Source: the human T2T-CHM13v2.0 reference genome, Homo sapiens | Assembly: GCF_009914755.1 (NCBI RefSeq) | Contig: NC_060933.1 | Direction: 5' to 3' (one strand) | DNA: 64,000 bases | Part shown: positions 1 to 14,460 of the stretch, in pieces | Numbering within the stretch: position 1 is the first letter of the stretch | Layout: the number at the start of each line of letters is the position of its first letter | Program-made: the position numbers and the translations under genes | The notes under the pieces: generated by a model | Seen by the model: the letters and a program-made list of their open reading frames with translations, nothing else | Database searches by the model: none | What the model was told of the DNA's origin: nothing

Positions 1-427
1 TAACTTACAATACATTCGATAAACTACATTGTGAACAAAAATTTGAGCCATTTATCTGTCTCTCTAGCTGATTTCTCCAGAATTCAGACGCCATTCGTGA
101 GCATTCTTAAATTATGGTAATATAATTATTTGCATAATTTCAATAAGAATCTGTTTTTGGTAACAAGATTCAATTGGAGACACTGTTTGTTTTATCAAGG
201 CTTTAACTCGAATGGCAGATACAACCAGACCACTTTAAGGAATTGAGGTTGACTTTATAGCACCAATACAAAGCCCCTTAGAATGACTGGCTTGATGTCC
301 TGTCTACAAAGGTCCTTTACAAAGTTGCTATCCTTGTGGTAAGAAGTAAAGAATGTCACTTTTTGAAGGGCCCAGGAACCTCAAGATATTTGGGGACCTT
401 GAGAAGAGAGGACTACACCCATTCATT
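1..427. mobile_element. ERV1 (MER4-group-like) internal sequence, left of the L1 insertion
   Basis: AT-rich ERV-internal-like sequence that resumes after the L1 TSD at 5746; subfamily not resolved. Confidence 0.5.
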
Positions 428-439
428 AAAGTATTACAG

Positions 440-3400
440 GAGAGCTGGCAAGATGTCTGAATAGGAACAGCTCCGGCCTGCAGCACCCAGTGAGATCAAC
501 ACAGAAGTCAGGTTGTTCATGCATTTCCAAGTGAGCCTCCACTGGTGATACCCAGGCAAACAGGGTCTGGAGTGGACCTCCAGCAAACTCGAGCAAACCT
601 GCAGCAGAGGGACCTGACTGTTAGAAGGAAAACTAACAAACAGAAAGGAATAGTATCGACATCACCAACATCAAAGACCAAAGGTCAATAAATCCACAAA
701 GAAGGGGAGAAACCAGTGCAAAAATGATGAAAACTCCAAAAGTCAGAATGCCTCTTCTCCTCCAGAAGATCACAACTCCCGGCCAGCAAGGGAACAAAAC
801 TGGACAGACAATGAGTTTGACGAATTGACAGAAGTAGGCTTCAGAAGGCGGGTAATAACAAACTCCTCCGAGCTAAAGGAGCATGTTCTAACCCAAAGCA
901 AAGAAGCTAAGAGCCTGAAAAAAAAAGGTTAGACGAATTGTTAACTAGAATAACAAGTTTAGAGAAGAATATAAATGACCTGATGGAGCTGAAAAACCCA
1001 GCACAAGAACTTCATGAAGCATACACAAGTATCAATAGCTGAATCAATCAATCAGGAGAAAGGATATCAGAGATTGAAGATCAACTCAATGAAATAAAGC
1101 AAGAAGACAAGATTAGAGAAAAAAGAGTGAAAAGAAATGAACAAAGCCTCCAAGAAATAGAGGACTATGTTAAAAGACTGACTCTACGTTTGATTGGTGT
1201 ACCTGAAAGTGACAGAAAGAATGGAACCAAGTTGGAAAAAACTCTTAAGGATATTATCCAGGAGAATTTCCCCAACCTAGAAAGACAGGCCAACATTCAA
1301 ATTAAGGAAATACAGAGAACACCACTAAGATACTCCTCAAGAAGAGCAACCCCAAGACACAAAATCATCAGATTCACCAAGGTTGAAATGAAGGAAAAAA
1401 TACTAAGGGCAGCCAGAGAGAAAGGTTGAGTTACCAACAAGGGGAAGCCCATCAGACTAAGAGTGGATCTCTTGGCAGATAGCCTACAAGCCAGAAGAGA
1501 GTGGGGGCCAATATACAACATACCTAAAGAAAAGAATTTTCAAGCCAGAATTTCATATCCAGCCAAACTAAGCTTCATAATTGAAGGAGAAATAAAATCC
1601 TTTATAAGCAAATGCTGAGAGATATTGTCACCACCAGGACTGCCTTACAATAGCTCCTGAAGGAAGCACTAAACACGGTAAGGAACAACTGGTAACAGCC
1701 ACTGCAAAAACATACCAAATTATAAAGACCATTGACACGATGAAAAAACTACATCAACTAATGAGCAAAATAACCAGCTAGTATCATAATGACAGGATCA
1801 AATTCACACATAACAATATTAACCTTAAATGTAAATGAGCTAAATGTCCCCAGTTGAAAGACACAGACTGGCAAATTGGATAAAGAGTCAAGACTCATCA
1901 ATGTGTTGTATTCAGGAGGCACATCTCATACACATAGGCTCAAAATAAAGGGATGAAGAAACATTTACCAAGCAAGTGGAAAACAACAAAAGGCAGGTGT
2001 TGCAATCCTAGTTTCTGATAAAACAGATCTTAAGCCAACAAAGATAAAAAGAGACAAAGAAGGGCATTACATACTGGTAAAGGGATCAATGCAACAAGAA
2101 GAGCTAACTCTCCTAGACATATATGCACCCAATACAGAAGTATTCAGATTCATAAAGCAAGTTCTTAAAGACCTACAAAGAGACTTAGACTCCCACACAA
2201 TAATAGTGGGAGATTTTACACTCCACTGTCAATATTAGATCGATGAGACAGAAAATTAACAAGAATATCCAGGACTTGAACTCAGCTCTGGACCAAGTGG
2301 ACCTAAAAGATATCTACAGAACTCTCCTCCTCAAATCAACAGAATGGACCTTCTTCTCAGCATCGCATTGCACTTATTCTAAAATTGACCACATAATTGG
2401 AAGTAAAACACTCCTCAGGAAATGCAAAAGAATGGAAATCATAACAAACAGTCTCTCAGACCACAATGCATTCAAATTAGTATGCAGGATTAAGAAACTC
2501 ACTCAAAACCTCACAACTACATGGAAACTGGGCAACCTGCTCCTGAATGACTACTGGGTAAATAACAAAATGAAGGCAGAAATAAAGATGTTCTTCAAAA
2601 CCAATGAGAACAAAGACACAACGTACCAGAATCTCTGGGACACATTTAAGGCAGTGTGTAGAGGGAAATTTATAGCACTAAATGCCCACAAGAGAAAGCA
2701 GGAAAGATCTAAAATTGACACCTTAACATCAAAATTAAAAGAACTAGAGAAGCAAGAACAAACAAATTCAAAAGCTAGCAGAAGACAAGACATAAATAAG
2801 ATCAGAGCAGAATTGAAGGAGATAGAGACACGAAAAACCCTTCAGAAAATCAATGAATCCAGGAGCTGGTTTTTTGAGAAGATCAACAAAACAGACCACT
2901 AGCCAGACTAATAAAGAAGAAAAGACAGAAGAATCAAATAGATGCAATAAAAAATGATTAAGGGGATATCACCACTGATCCCACAGAAATACAAATTATC
3001 ATCAGAGAATACTACCAAGACTAAACCAGGAAGAAGTCAAATTCCTGAATAGACCAATAACAAGTTCTGAAATTGAGGCATTAATCAATAGCCTACCAAC
3101 GAAAAAAAGTCCAGGACCAGACGGATTCACAGCCAAATTCTACCAGAGGTACAAAGAGGAGCTGGTACCATTCCTTCTGAAACTATTCCAAACAATAGAA
3201 AAAGAGAATCCTCCCTAACTCATTTTATGAGGCCAGGATCATCTTGATACCAAAATCTGGCAGAGACACAACAAAAAAGGAAATTTCAGGCCAATATCCC
3301 TGATGAACATCAATGCAGAAATCCTGAATAAAATACTGGAAAACTGAATCCAGCAGCACATCAAAAAGCTTGTCCACAATGACCAAGTTGGCTTCACCCC

Positions 3401-5733
3401 TGGGATGCAAGGCTGGTTCAACATGCAAATCAATAAATGTAATCCATCACATAAACGGAATCAATGACAAAAACTACATGATTATCTCAATAGATGCAGA
3501 AAAGGCCTTTGACAAAATTCAACAGCCCTTCATGCTAAAAACTCTCAATAAACTGGTATTGATGGAACGTATGTCAAAATATTAAGTGCTATTTATGACA
3601 AGCCCACAGCCAATAACATACTGAATGTGCAAAAACTGGAAGCATTCCCTTTGAAAATCAGCACAAGACAAGGATGCCCTCTCTCACTACTCCTATTCCA
3701 CATAGTGTTGGAAGTTCTGGCCAGGGCAATCAGGCAAGAGAAAGAAATAAAGAGTGTTCAATTAGGAAAAGAAGAAGTCAAATTGTCTCTGTTTGCAGAT
3801 GACATGATTATATATTTAGAAAACCCCATCGTCTCAGCCCAAAATCTCCTTAAGCTGATAAGCAACTTCAGCAAAGTTTCAGGATACAAAATCAATGTGC
3901 AAAAATCACAAGCTTTCTTATACACCAATAACAGACAAACAGAGAGCCAAACTATGAGTGAACTCCCATTCTCCATTGCTACAACAAGAATGAAATACCT
4001 AGGAATACAACTTACAAGGATGTGAAGGACCTCTTCAAGGAGAACTACAAACCACTCCTCAAGGAAACAAGAGAGGACACAAACAAATGGAAAAACATTC
4101 CATGCTCATCGATAGGAAGAATCAATATCGTGAAAATGGCCATACTACCCAAAGTAATTTACAGATTCACTGCTATCCCCATTAAACTCCATTGACTTTC
4201 TCCATAGAATTGGAAAAATATATTTTAAATTTCATATGGAATCAAAAAAGAGCCCGAATAGCCAAGACAATCCTAAGCAAAAAGAACACAGCTTGAAGCA
4301 TCATGCTACCTGACTTCAAACTATACTACAAGGCTATGATAAACAAAAGAGCATGGTACTGGTACCAAAACAGATATATAGATCAAAGGAACAGAACAGA
4401 ACCCTCAGAAATAACACCACATATCTACAACCATCTGATCTTTGACAAACCTGAGAAAAACAAGCAGTGGGGAAAGGATTCCCTATTTAATAAATGGTGT
4501 TGGGAAAACTGGTTAGCCTTAGGCAGAAAGCTGAAACTGGATCCCTTCCTTACACCTTATATAAAAATTAACTCAAGATGGATTAAAGACTTAAACCTAA
4601 TACCTAAAGCCATAAAAACCCTAGAGGAAAACCTAGGCAATACCATTCAGGACATAGGCATGGGCAAAGACTTCATGACTAAAACACCAAAAACAATGGC
4701 AACAAAAACCAAAATTGACAAATGGGACCTAATTAAACTAAAGAGCTTCTAGACAGCAAAAGAAACTATGAGAGTGAATGGGCAACCTACAAAATGGGAG
4801 AAAATTTTTGCAATCTATCCATCTGACAAAGGGCTAATATCCAGAATCTACAAAGAACTTAAACAAATTTACAAGAAAGAACAATCCCATCAAAAAGTGG
4901 GCAAAGGATGTGAACAGACTCTTCTTAAAAGAGGACAATTATGCAACAAACAAACATAAGAAAAAAAGCTCATCATCACTAGTCATTAGAGAAATGCAAA
5001 TCAAAACCACAATGAGATGCCATCTCATGCCAGTTAGAATGGCGATCATTAAAAAGTCAGGAAACAAAAGATACTGGAGAGGGTGTAGAGAAATAGGATT
5101 GCTTTTACACTGTTGGTGGGAGTGTAAGTTAGTTGAACCATTGTGGAAGACAATGTGGCTATTCCTCAAGGATCTAGAACTAGAAATGCCGTTTGGCCCA
5201 GCAATCCCATTACTGGGTATATACCCAAAGGATTATAAATCATTCTACCATAAAGACACATGCACACGTATGTTTATTGCAGGACTGTTCACAATAACAA
5301 AGACTTGGAACCAACCCAAATGCCCATCAATTATAGACTGGATAAAGAAAATGTGGCACATATACACCATGGAATACTATGCAGCCATAAAAAAGAATGA
5401 GGTCATGTCCTTTGTAGGGACATGGATGAAGCTGGAAACCGTCATTCTCAGCAAACTAACGCAAGAACAGAAAACAAAACACCACATGTTCTCACTCATA
5501 AGTGGGAGTTGAACAACGAGAACACAAGGACACAGGGAGGTGAACATCACACACTGGGGCGTGTTGGGGGGTGGGGGCGGGGGGAGGGATAGCATTAGGA
5601 CAAATACCTAATATAGGTGATGGGTTGATGGGTGCAGCAAACCACCACAGCACATGTATACCTATGTAACAAACCTGCGCATTCTGCACGTGTACCCCAC
5701 AACTTAAAGTATAATAAAAAAGTAGGTTAAAAA
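440..5733 (+). mobile_element. L1PA7-like LINE-1 with spliced 5'UTR; ORF1 and ORF2 disrupted
   Basis: L1 5' end (GGAGAGCTGGCAAGATG..GAATAGGAACAGCTCC), ORF1/ORF2 fragments in the ORF track (RT motif LFADDM in 3627..4025), 3'UTR and poly(A). TSD AAAGTATTACAG at 428-439 and 5734-5745 at a TT|AAAG site. Confidence 0.95.
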
Positions 5734-5745
5734 AAAGTATTACAG

Positions 5746-6900
5746 ACACAGTCTGACGCAAATCTTTGATTTGGCTAGCCTCAAGGCTTTTAAAAGTCTA
5801 AGATTCCTTATTAAAAATTTCCAACAAAGCCAATTTTAAGAAGCCTATATGGTCAATAAATATTCTTGCTGCACTTTATGCAAATAATCAGACCAGGTAT
5901 GATAAGACTAAAACTTATTTTGCACAGAAATTTGTCCTACTATGGTTTGTCTTTGATCAAATGATGGACTAGAGAGAGAAAATTTATGTTCCAAATGAGA
6001 ACTGTGACATATGCTATTAGATTCCAGCCCTGATCATTTTTTTCTGAGTTTTTATTATTTGCCTATAATTTGGGCTGAATCCTGAATTATTTCCTCGCTC
6101 CAAGTGTTCCCTAGTGAACCCAGATATAATATATTTTAAAAAACATGTTTTATCCTGTCAGGAATGAGATGTATTTTTGAAGGACTACTTAAACTAGCAA
6201 TTACAATTCGATTATTATGATTATAGAATCTCGGGATTTCTCGTCCTTCTTGTCAAGGTCTTTACCTAATGTTTGTCTCATTAAAAAAAAAAAAAGAAAT
6301 CAGACTGATTACACTCTACTCAAGACTGAAGACATGTACTTTAACCTGTCTCTGTTACCAGTAAACCAAAGCCTTAAATTTCAGAATCCGTCAGGGACCC
6401 AGTGTGGTTCCTGGATCAAGCACACATGGGTTTATGAATGTGTTGACCGCTGGCATATGAGAGGTAATTGTCTATTAGGTTATGTGGCTCTTCCTCTTCC
6501 TATTTATAACTCCAATGTTTCTGAACGCTGAAGTAGTTCATCGAAATTATTTTCCAGGATTAGACAAACCGTACCTGCAAACCAAGGAGATGAATTTTGG
6601 CCTATGTTTGGCAGAAGTCTCTTGCAATGGTGGGGAATAACCTCTCATGAATGTATAATTAGAAATCTGTCAACCACTCTAGGTAACTTAGCAAATGAAC
6701 TAGCTGAAGCCATAGCTACCAAATAAAGATCTTCAGACTCTTTAGCCAGGATAGTCATGGATGACGGAATAACTTTAGGCTACATAGTGGTGAAACAGGG
6801 AGAAACTCATATGGCAGCTAGCTAACACATCATGTTGTGTTTAGATCCATACATCTTCTGAAGTTGAAACACATGTAAAAAAATAAGACGATATGGGAAT
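5746..6900 (+). mobile_element. ERV1 internal region including a decayed env
   Basis: Continues the 1-427 sequence across the TSD; env motifs at about 6400-6880. Confidence 0.7.
6400..6880 (+). pseudogene. Gamma-type retroviral env remnant (SU C-terminus and TM ectodomain)
   Basis: One frame reads GNCLLGYV..*..RIRQ..FGRSLLQWWGITSHECIIRNLSTTL..*RSSDSLARIVMDDGITLGYIVVKQG, then after a GCTA duplication (6817-6824) ANTSCCV*IHTSSEVETH. This resembles an immunosuppressive domain plus the CX6CC region. Confidence 0.85.
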
Positions 6901-6909
6901 TAATTATGA

Positions 6910-7448
6910 CAAATCCTAGGGAAGAGGCTGAAAGAGCTGTAACACAAACAGGGCTGAGACATGCCCCTTGCTCGCCACATTGTGGGCAAAGAGAAGGAAA
7001 GAAGAGCTATGGCCCTTTGGGGAGCCCAGACCTGGGAGCTCCCCGAGCCAGGGCTGTGATTCCTTCTTTGGGGCCCTTTGGTTCCTGATATCTCCAAGCT
7101 TCTGGGTGCCACTGTGTTCCCAGTGTGCCAGCTGTGGAAGCTGCTTGAGGTGCCCGTGGTCCAGCCACAGCCTTGTGGAGAGCTGGCGCCCGTGTTGGCA
7201 CCTGGAGCTACCTGCCCCACTGCAGCAGCCAGCAAATCTGACTACACAGTGGCCAGACCCCACGCTCACTCACACACCCCTTGCCACTCCATGCAGTCTC
7301 CCTTGGCAGGCATGGGATCCAACGTGGTAGCATGAGCTGAGCACAGCCTGCCAGGCTGAGTGTGCACGGCCCAGCAAAACTCAGGCAAAGGTGCCACCAG
7401 TCATAGAGGTTTCTGTCCAGAAAAGTAACACCCCAAAGATCCCGTAAC
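6910..7448 (+). mobile_element. MER52-type LTR, 3' part
   Basis: GCTGTAACACAAACAGGGCTGA..GGGAGCCCAGACCT..CAAAGATCCCGTAACA; homologous to the opposite-strand copy at 28875-30128. Confidence 0.8.
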
Positions 7449-8084
7449 ACCGCTACTCTTCCCAGCCTCTGGAAACTCTCTATCTTGATGAGTTCAATTG
7501 TTTTAATTTTTAGCTCCCACAAATGAGTGAGAACATGCGAAGTCTGTCTTTCTGTGCCTGGCTCATTGTACTTAACATAATGTCCTCTAGTTCCATCCAT
7601 GTTGTTGCAAATGACAGAATCTTATTCTTTTTCATGGCCGAAGAGTACTCCATTGTGTATATGTACTACATTTTCTTTATCCCTTCATCTGTTGGTGCAC
7701 ACTTAGGTTGCTTCCAAATCTTGGCTATTATGAATAATGCTGAAATAAATATGGGAATGCAGATATCTCTTTGATATATTAATTTTCCCTCTCTTGGGTA
7801 TATACCCAGCAGTGGGATTGCTGGATCATATGATAGTTCTATTTTTAATTTTTTGAGGGACCTCCATATTGTTCTCCATAGTGAATATATTAATTTACAT
7901 TCCCAACAGAGTAAGAATGTTCCCTTTTCCACACATTCTTGAAAGCATTTGTTATTGCCTGTCTTTTGCATAAAAGCCATTTTAATGGGGTAAGATGATA
8001 TATTTTTGTAGTTTTGATTTCAATTTCTGTGATGATCAATGATATTGAGCATCTTTTCCTATACCTATTTGACATTTATATATG

Positions 8085-8376
8085 TTCTTTTTTGTTTTTG
8101 CTCATTGTTTGAGACAGGGTCTCACTCTGTCACCCAGGCTGGAGTGCAGTGGTATGATCGTGGCTTAATGTAGTGTTGACTGCCAGGGTTCAAGCAATCC
8201 TCCCACCTCAGCCTCCTGAGTAGCTGGGACCACAGGCATGCATCACCATGCCCAGGTAGTTTTTAAAATTATTTTCTATGTTGTTCAGGTTGGTCTTGAA
8301 CTCCTGGGCTCAAGTGGCCCACCCGTCTTGGCTCCCCAAGTGCTGGAATTACATGTGTGAGCCACTGCACATGACC
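8085..8376 (-). mobile_element. AluJ-like SINE
   Basis: GAGACAGGGTCTCACTCTGTCACCCAGGCTGGAG..CTCCTGGGCTCAAG. Confidence 0.85.
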
Positions 8377-8800
8377 TGTGTGCCTTCTTTTGAGAACTGT
8401 CTGTTCAGATCTTTTGCCCATTTAAATAATTGGATTGTTAGTTTTTTCTTATAGAGTTGTTTGAGCTCCTTATATATTCTGGTTATTAATCCCTTTTCAG
8501 TTATATAGTTTGCAAATATTTTCTTCCATTCTGTGGATTGTCTTTTCACTTTGTCCATTGTTTTCTTTAGTATGCAGAAACTTTTGAACTTGATGTGATA
8601 CCACTTGTTCATTTTTGCTTTGGTTGCCTGAGCTTTTGGAGTATTACTCAAGAAATCTGTGCCAAGACCAATTTCCTGGAGAGTTTCCCTAATGTTTTAT
8701 TTCAGTAGTTTCGTGTCTTTGATTTAAGTCTTTAACCCATTTGGATTTGATTTTTGTATATAGTGCAAGAGAGGGTTCTAGTTTAATTATTCTGCCAATG

Positions 8801-9068
8801 ACTTTGGGAGGCTGAGGTGGGCGGATCATAGGGGCAGGAGATCGAGACCATCCTGGCTAACACGGTGAAACTCCGTCTCTACTAAAAATACAAAAAAACA
8901 TTTAGCCAGGCGTGGTGGTGGGCGCCTGTACTCCCAGCTACTTGGGAGGCTGAGGAGGAGAATGGTGTGAACCCGGGAGGTGGAGCTTGCAGTGAGCCCA
9001 GATCACGCCACTGCACTCCAGCCTGAGCAACAGAGCTAGACTCCATCTCAAAAAAAAAAAAAAAAAAA
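8801..9068 (+). mobile_element. 5'-truncated AluY
   Basis: AluY diagnostics (ACCATCCTGGCTAACACGG, GGAGCTTGCAGTGAG), poly(A), and TSD TCTGCCAATGA on both sides. Confidence 0.9.
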
Positions 9069-10435
9069 TCTGCCAATGAATATCTAGTTTTCCCAGCACA
9101 ATTTGTTGAAGAGACTGTCCTCTCCCCCATGTATATTCTTGGCACCTTCATTGAAAATGAGTTAATTGTAAATGTATGGATTTATTTCTGGGTTCTCTAT
9201 TCTGTTCCATTGGTCTATGTGTCTGTTTTATGCCAGTACCATGCTGTTTTGTTTATAATTGCTCTGTACTATAATTTAAAGTCAGGTGATGTGATTCTTC
9301 CAGTTTTGTTCTTTTTGCTCAGGATGGCTTTTGGTATTCTGGGTCTTTTATTGTTTCATATAAATTTTAGGATTTTTTTTCTATTTCTGTGAAGAGTGTT
9401 ATTAGTATTTCAATAGGGATTGCATTGAATCTGTAGATTGCTTTGTGAAGTATGGGTATTTTAACAATATTTACTCTTCCAATAAATGAACATGGACTAT
9501 CTTTCCATTTTTTTTTTGGTGTCCTCTTTAATTTTTTTGCATCGATGTTTTATAATTTTCATTGTAGAGATCTTTCACTTCTTCTGTTATGTTTATTCCC
9601 AGTTATTTTATTTTATTTGTAGCTATTGTAAATGGGATTACATTCTTGATTTTCTTCTTTAGATTGTTCATTTTTGTCATTTAGAAATGCTACTGACTTT
9701 TGTAGTTTGATTTTGTATGCTGTGACTCTGAATTTGTTGATCAGTTCTAATAGTTTTTTGGTGGAGTCCTTAGGTTTTTCCAAATATAAGATCAAATCAT
9801 CTGCAAACAAGAAAACAGTAATAATTTTACTTCTTTCCAATTTGGATCCCTTTTCTTGTTTTTCTCTTGTCTGAATTGCTCTAGCTAGGACTTCCAGTAC
9901 TATGTTGAGTAACAGTGTTGGAAGTGGACATTCTTGTCTTGTTCCAGATCTTAGAAGAAAGGCTTTCAGCTTTTCCCTGTTCAGGATGATACTGGCTGTG
10001 GGTCTGTTGCATATGGTTTTTATTGTGTTGTGGTATGTTCCTTCTATATCTAGTTTTTTTTTTTTTTGAGGGTTTCTTTTTATCACAGGGATGTTGAATT
10101 TTATTAAATGCTTTTCGGCATCAATTGAAATTATCATATGGTTTTTTTCCTTCATTCTGTTGATATGATGTGTCACATTGATTGATTTGCATATGTTGAA
10201 CCATGTTGGCATCCTCGGGATAAATCCCACTTAGACATGATGAATGGTCTTTTTCATAGGATGAGTTTGGAAATACTACAGCCTTCTCTGTTTTTTGGAA
10301 TAGTTTGAGTAGGATTGATAGTAATTCTGCCTTCAATGTTTGGTAAAATTAATCAGTGAAGCCATTGAATCCAGGCTTTTCTTTGCTAGGAGATGTTTCA
10401 TTATGGCTTCAATTTCATTTATCCATTTCTTCTAG

Positions 10436-10733
<298 letters not shown>

Positions 10734-11097
10734 ATTTCTTCCAGGTTTTTCAATTTATTGGAATATAGTCGGTCATAAAGTTTCTAATGATTCTTTGAAT
10801 GTCCACAGTATCAGTTATAGTGTCTCCTTTTTAATCTCTGGCTTTATGTATTTGAATCTTCTCTCTTTTTTCTTAGTCTGGTTAAATGTTTGTTGATTTT
10901 GTTGGTCTTTTAAAAATATTAACTTTTCATTTCATTGATATTTTATATTTTTAAATTTCAATTTCATTTATTTCTGCTGCGATCTGTGCTATGTTTCCTT
11001 CTACTAATTTTGGTTTTGGTTTGCTCTTGCTTTTCTAATTATTTAAGATGCATTATTAGGTTGTTTATTTGAAGTTTTTCTACTTTTTTTGATGTAG

Positions 11098-11461
<364 letters not shown>

Positions 11462-11584
11462 TGTGCCCTAGGTTTTAGTTTGACTTTAAACTTTTTCTTT
11501 TCTCGAAAACTCAGTGTCATGGTACCGGCTTCTTGTGCTTTGGGCAGTGAGACCCTTTTACTTGATAACAGTGGTAGCTGGGAC

Positions 11585-11880
11585 AAGTTGGCAATGTAAA
11601 TAAATAAACAGCATCTAGATTGGAAAGGAAGAAGTACAGTTATCGTTATGTACAGATGACATGATCTTGCATTTAGAAAATCATAAGAAATTTACTAAAA
11701 AGTATTAGGACTCATGAATAAATTTAAGAATGTAACACTATATAAGATTGGTATACAAAAATAACTGTATTTCTTTACCAAGAAATCAAGAATCCAAAAA
11801 TGGAATTACAAAAATAAATCTTGTTACAATAGAATTAAAGCTGGGGAAGCTTAAACTTGAACACTAAAAACTACAATACA
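11585..11880 (+). mobile_element. Old L1M ORF2 (RT) fragment
   Basis: GATTGGAAAGGAAGAAGTA..CAGATGACATGATC. Confidence 0.65.
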
Positions 11881-12424
11881 TGGTTAGCGTTGGAAACACC
11901 CAGATACCATCCCTGAGCCTTCTCTCCTTGGCTCTGAGGGCTTTACCTTCATGGGTTGAGGAAAGGGGTTGCATTCTTGGCTTTTACATTATATTAGGTG
12001 GGTTCGGGTTGAGGTATCTGCAATTCAAATGAGTATTACAATCTCTACTTTTATGGATAAGAGACTGAGGCCCACCAAGAGAGGGAATGACAGTCCATAT
12101 CCTGGAAGACGAATTGTCAGGCACTGATTTCCGCTATTTAACCCCTGCCAATCATCATGTATTTAAAGGATCCCCAGATACCATACCAATAGGTGTTCAA
12201 GAGAGAGGCCTGTAATCTAGGCGTCTGAGAAAACAAGGCTAGAGATTCCAATATTAGAGACAACAGGGCTCTGGGAAGATTAAGGTTGAGTTTTCTGGAT
12301 CTGCAGAATAGAGTCACTGAGGACCAATTGCAAGATCAGAGGAGATGAAAGAACAAGTCAGGGCATGCTTAGGAAAAGAGAATACCAGAGATAGGTTTTA
12401 GGCAAGAGTCACACTGAGGAAGGG

Positions 12425-12750
12425 CAGGTTCTTGGCGTCGCTCAGGAAGAAATCCAAAAGCAAGCCTGTGGTGGAAGAAAGCAGCTCTACGGAGGCATTG
12501 GCTGTGTTACAGCCCTGCGTCCACTCCGGCAGGGCAGGGAGCCCTCTGTGGGTTGTGGTCCCAGAGCAGCAGCCTAGGGGTGGCTTGTAGTCATTTTTAT
12601 AATTCACTTTAATGGCATGCTAATTAAGGGGCGGGTTATTCAAAAATAGCTAGAAATGGGCAGTAACTTCCATCTGTTTCCATGGCAAGGGGTGGGGACT
12701 TCTCGTGATGCCATGGCATTGGCAAACTGTCATGGCACTGGTGGGATCGT
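12425..12750 (-). mobile_element. ERV1-class LTR fragment (MER50-like)
   Basis: GGTTCTTGGCGTCGCTCAGGAAGAAAT..GCCATGGCATTGGCAAACTGTCATGGCACTGGTGGGA. Confidence 0.5.
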
Positions 12751-13366
12751 CTTCTGGTGATCTGAGGCATGAGGTGCTTTCGCTGCCTCTCCCAGTTTCC
12801 TGAGTGCCTCTTACCTGAAAGCCCATCACACCCCCATCTGCCCACCTACAAACGTCACTGCCCTTTCACCCCACCCCTGTTTCACATGCACTCCCACATC
12901 AACCCTGAGCATTCAAGCCTGCGTTTCCCTGTTAGGAACCTCGGTGGTAGCCGGAGCTCTGAGAAACCCCTAGGCAGAACTCCTTGCCTAGTTTGTGGCA
13001 GAAATCAGGGAAGGAAAGGCAAATTTCAGGTCTTTCTCACAATAAATAAATAAAGATAGGTAGATTTGATTGATGGATGAGTGGATGAAACGTGGGAGTC
13101 TACGGGCAAATATTTATCAGACACTGGAAGTGTAAGTTGTCACAAAGATTATGGAGTGCACCTGTCTTATGACCCTGTTATTGTATCCTAGAGCATATTT
13201 TCTAACTGTGTAAATTGAAGGCTCACAAATTAGTTTAGTGAGAGAAAAGATAACGGATTGGAAGAGAATTACCATATTCATTAGTTGTGTATTTAAAATT
13301 TTAAAGTAAAATAGAAACATGATTTTTTTCATGCTTTCGAATGCATCTATAAAAAATAGACTTGAG

Positions 13367-13813
<447 letters not shown>

Positions 13814-13959
13814 TTAAGTCCGGGTCTCTGGGTAACTGGACTCAACTGCTGGGCAAAACAGAATGTCCAGCGTGGGTTCCTAACGGGGGACCGCAAAGCC
13901 TCATGGGAATTGTAGTGTCACCTTCCAATGATGTTACCATCAAGGACCTTGGGAACCAG

Positions 13960-14460
13960 CTTTTCTCTCTGCGCGTGCGCCGCCCGGCCCACTCCGCCAT
14001 TTTCCTCCGGAAGTGCGGCTCCCAGAGGCGGTCCTGTAGCTGGGCCGGCTTGGGGCTTGGTTCTATGTCCCTGCGGGTTGGTGCAAGGGCGAAGAGGAAC
14101 CCGTGGGCCTCAGGGGATCCCGGGGGGCCAGACCAGTGTTCCCTAGTTGTGGGAGCAGACGCGTGAGCGCATCGAGGGCGGGCAGGGCCTGAAGGGCAGG
14201 TGCGGGCCTCGGACCCTGTCGGGGGCTGGGAGGACAGGCGTGGGGTCCCGGCAGCGAAGCGGGTTCTAGAGGCGCAGGAGCGGGTAGGCGAGGCCGGTGG
14301 CTCTGGGCCCGGAGTCTGCAGGCCGCGCTCCTGTCCTGCCACTGAGGGACCCGGTTACCAACCCGCATGATGCTCAATTTGCCCATCTGTCCCAGGGCTA
14401 ACACACAGTTCTCGGGAGACGTTCCCCATTCCCAGAGGAGTAGTGTGAAACGCGTGCGCC
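13960..14460 (+). promoter_or_regulatory. CpG-island promoter with an NRF1/YY1/ETS motif cluster
   Basis: GC- and CpG-rich outside any Alu. TGCGCGTGCGC at 13970-13980 (NRF1-like), CCGCCATTTT at 13994-14003 (YY1), CCGGAAGTG at 14007-14015 (ETS/GABPA). Confidence 0.85.

Noticed and set aside
3005-3025. Second deletion (~70 nt) in ORF2 of the first L1 as another splice event
   Set aside because: The missing segment, seen in the other L1 at about 24102-24172, is not bounded by GT..AG, so it is an ordinary deletion.
13842-14404. 166-aa and 113-aa minus-strand ORFs over the CpG island
   Set aside because: Pro/Arg/Ala-rich open frames are expected in GC-rich DNA, and there is no recognisable domain.
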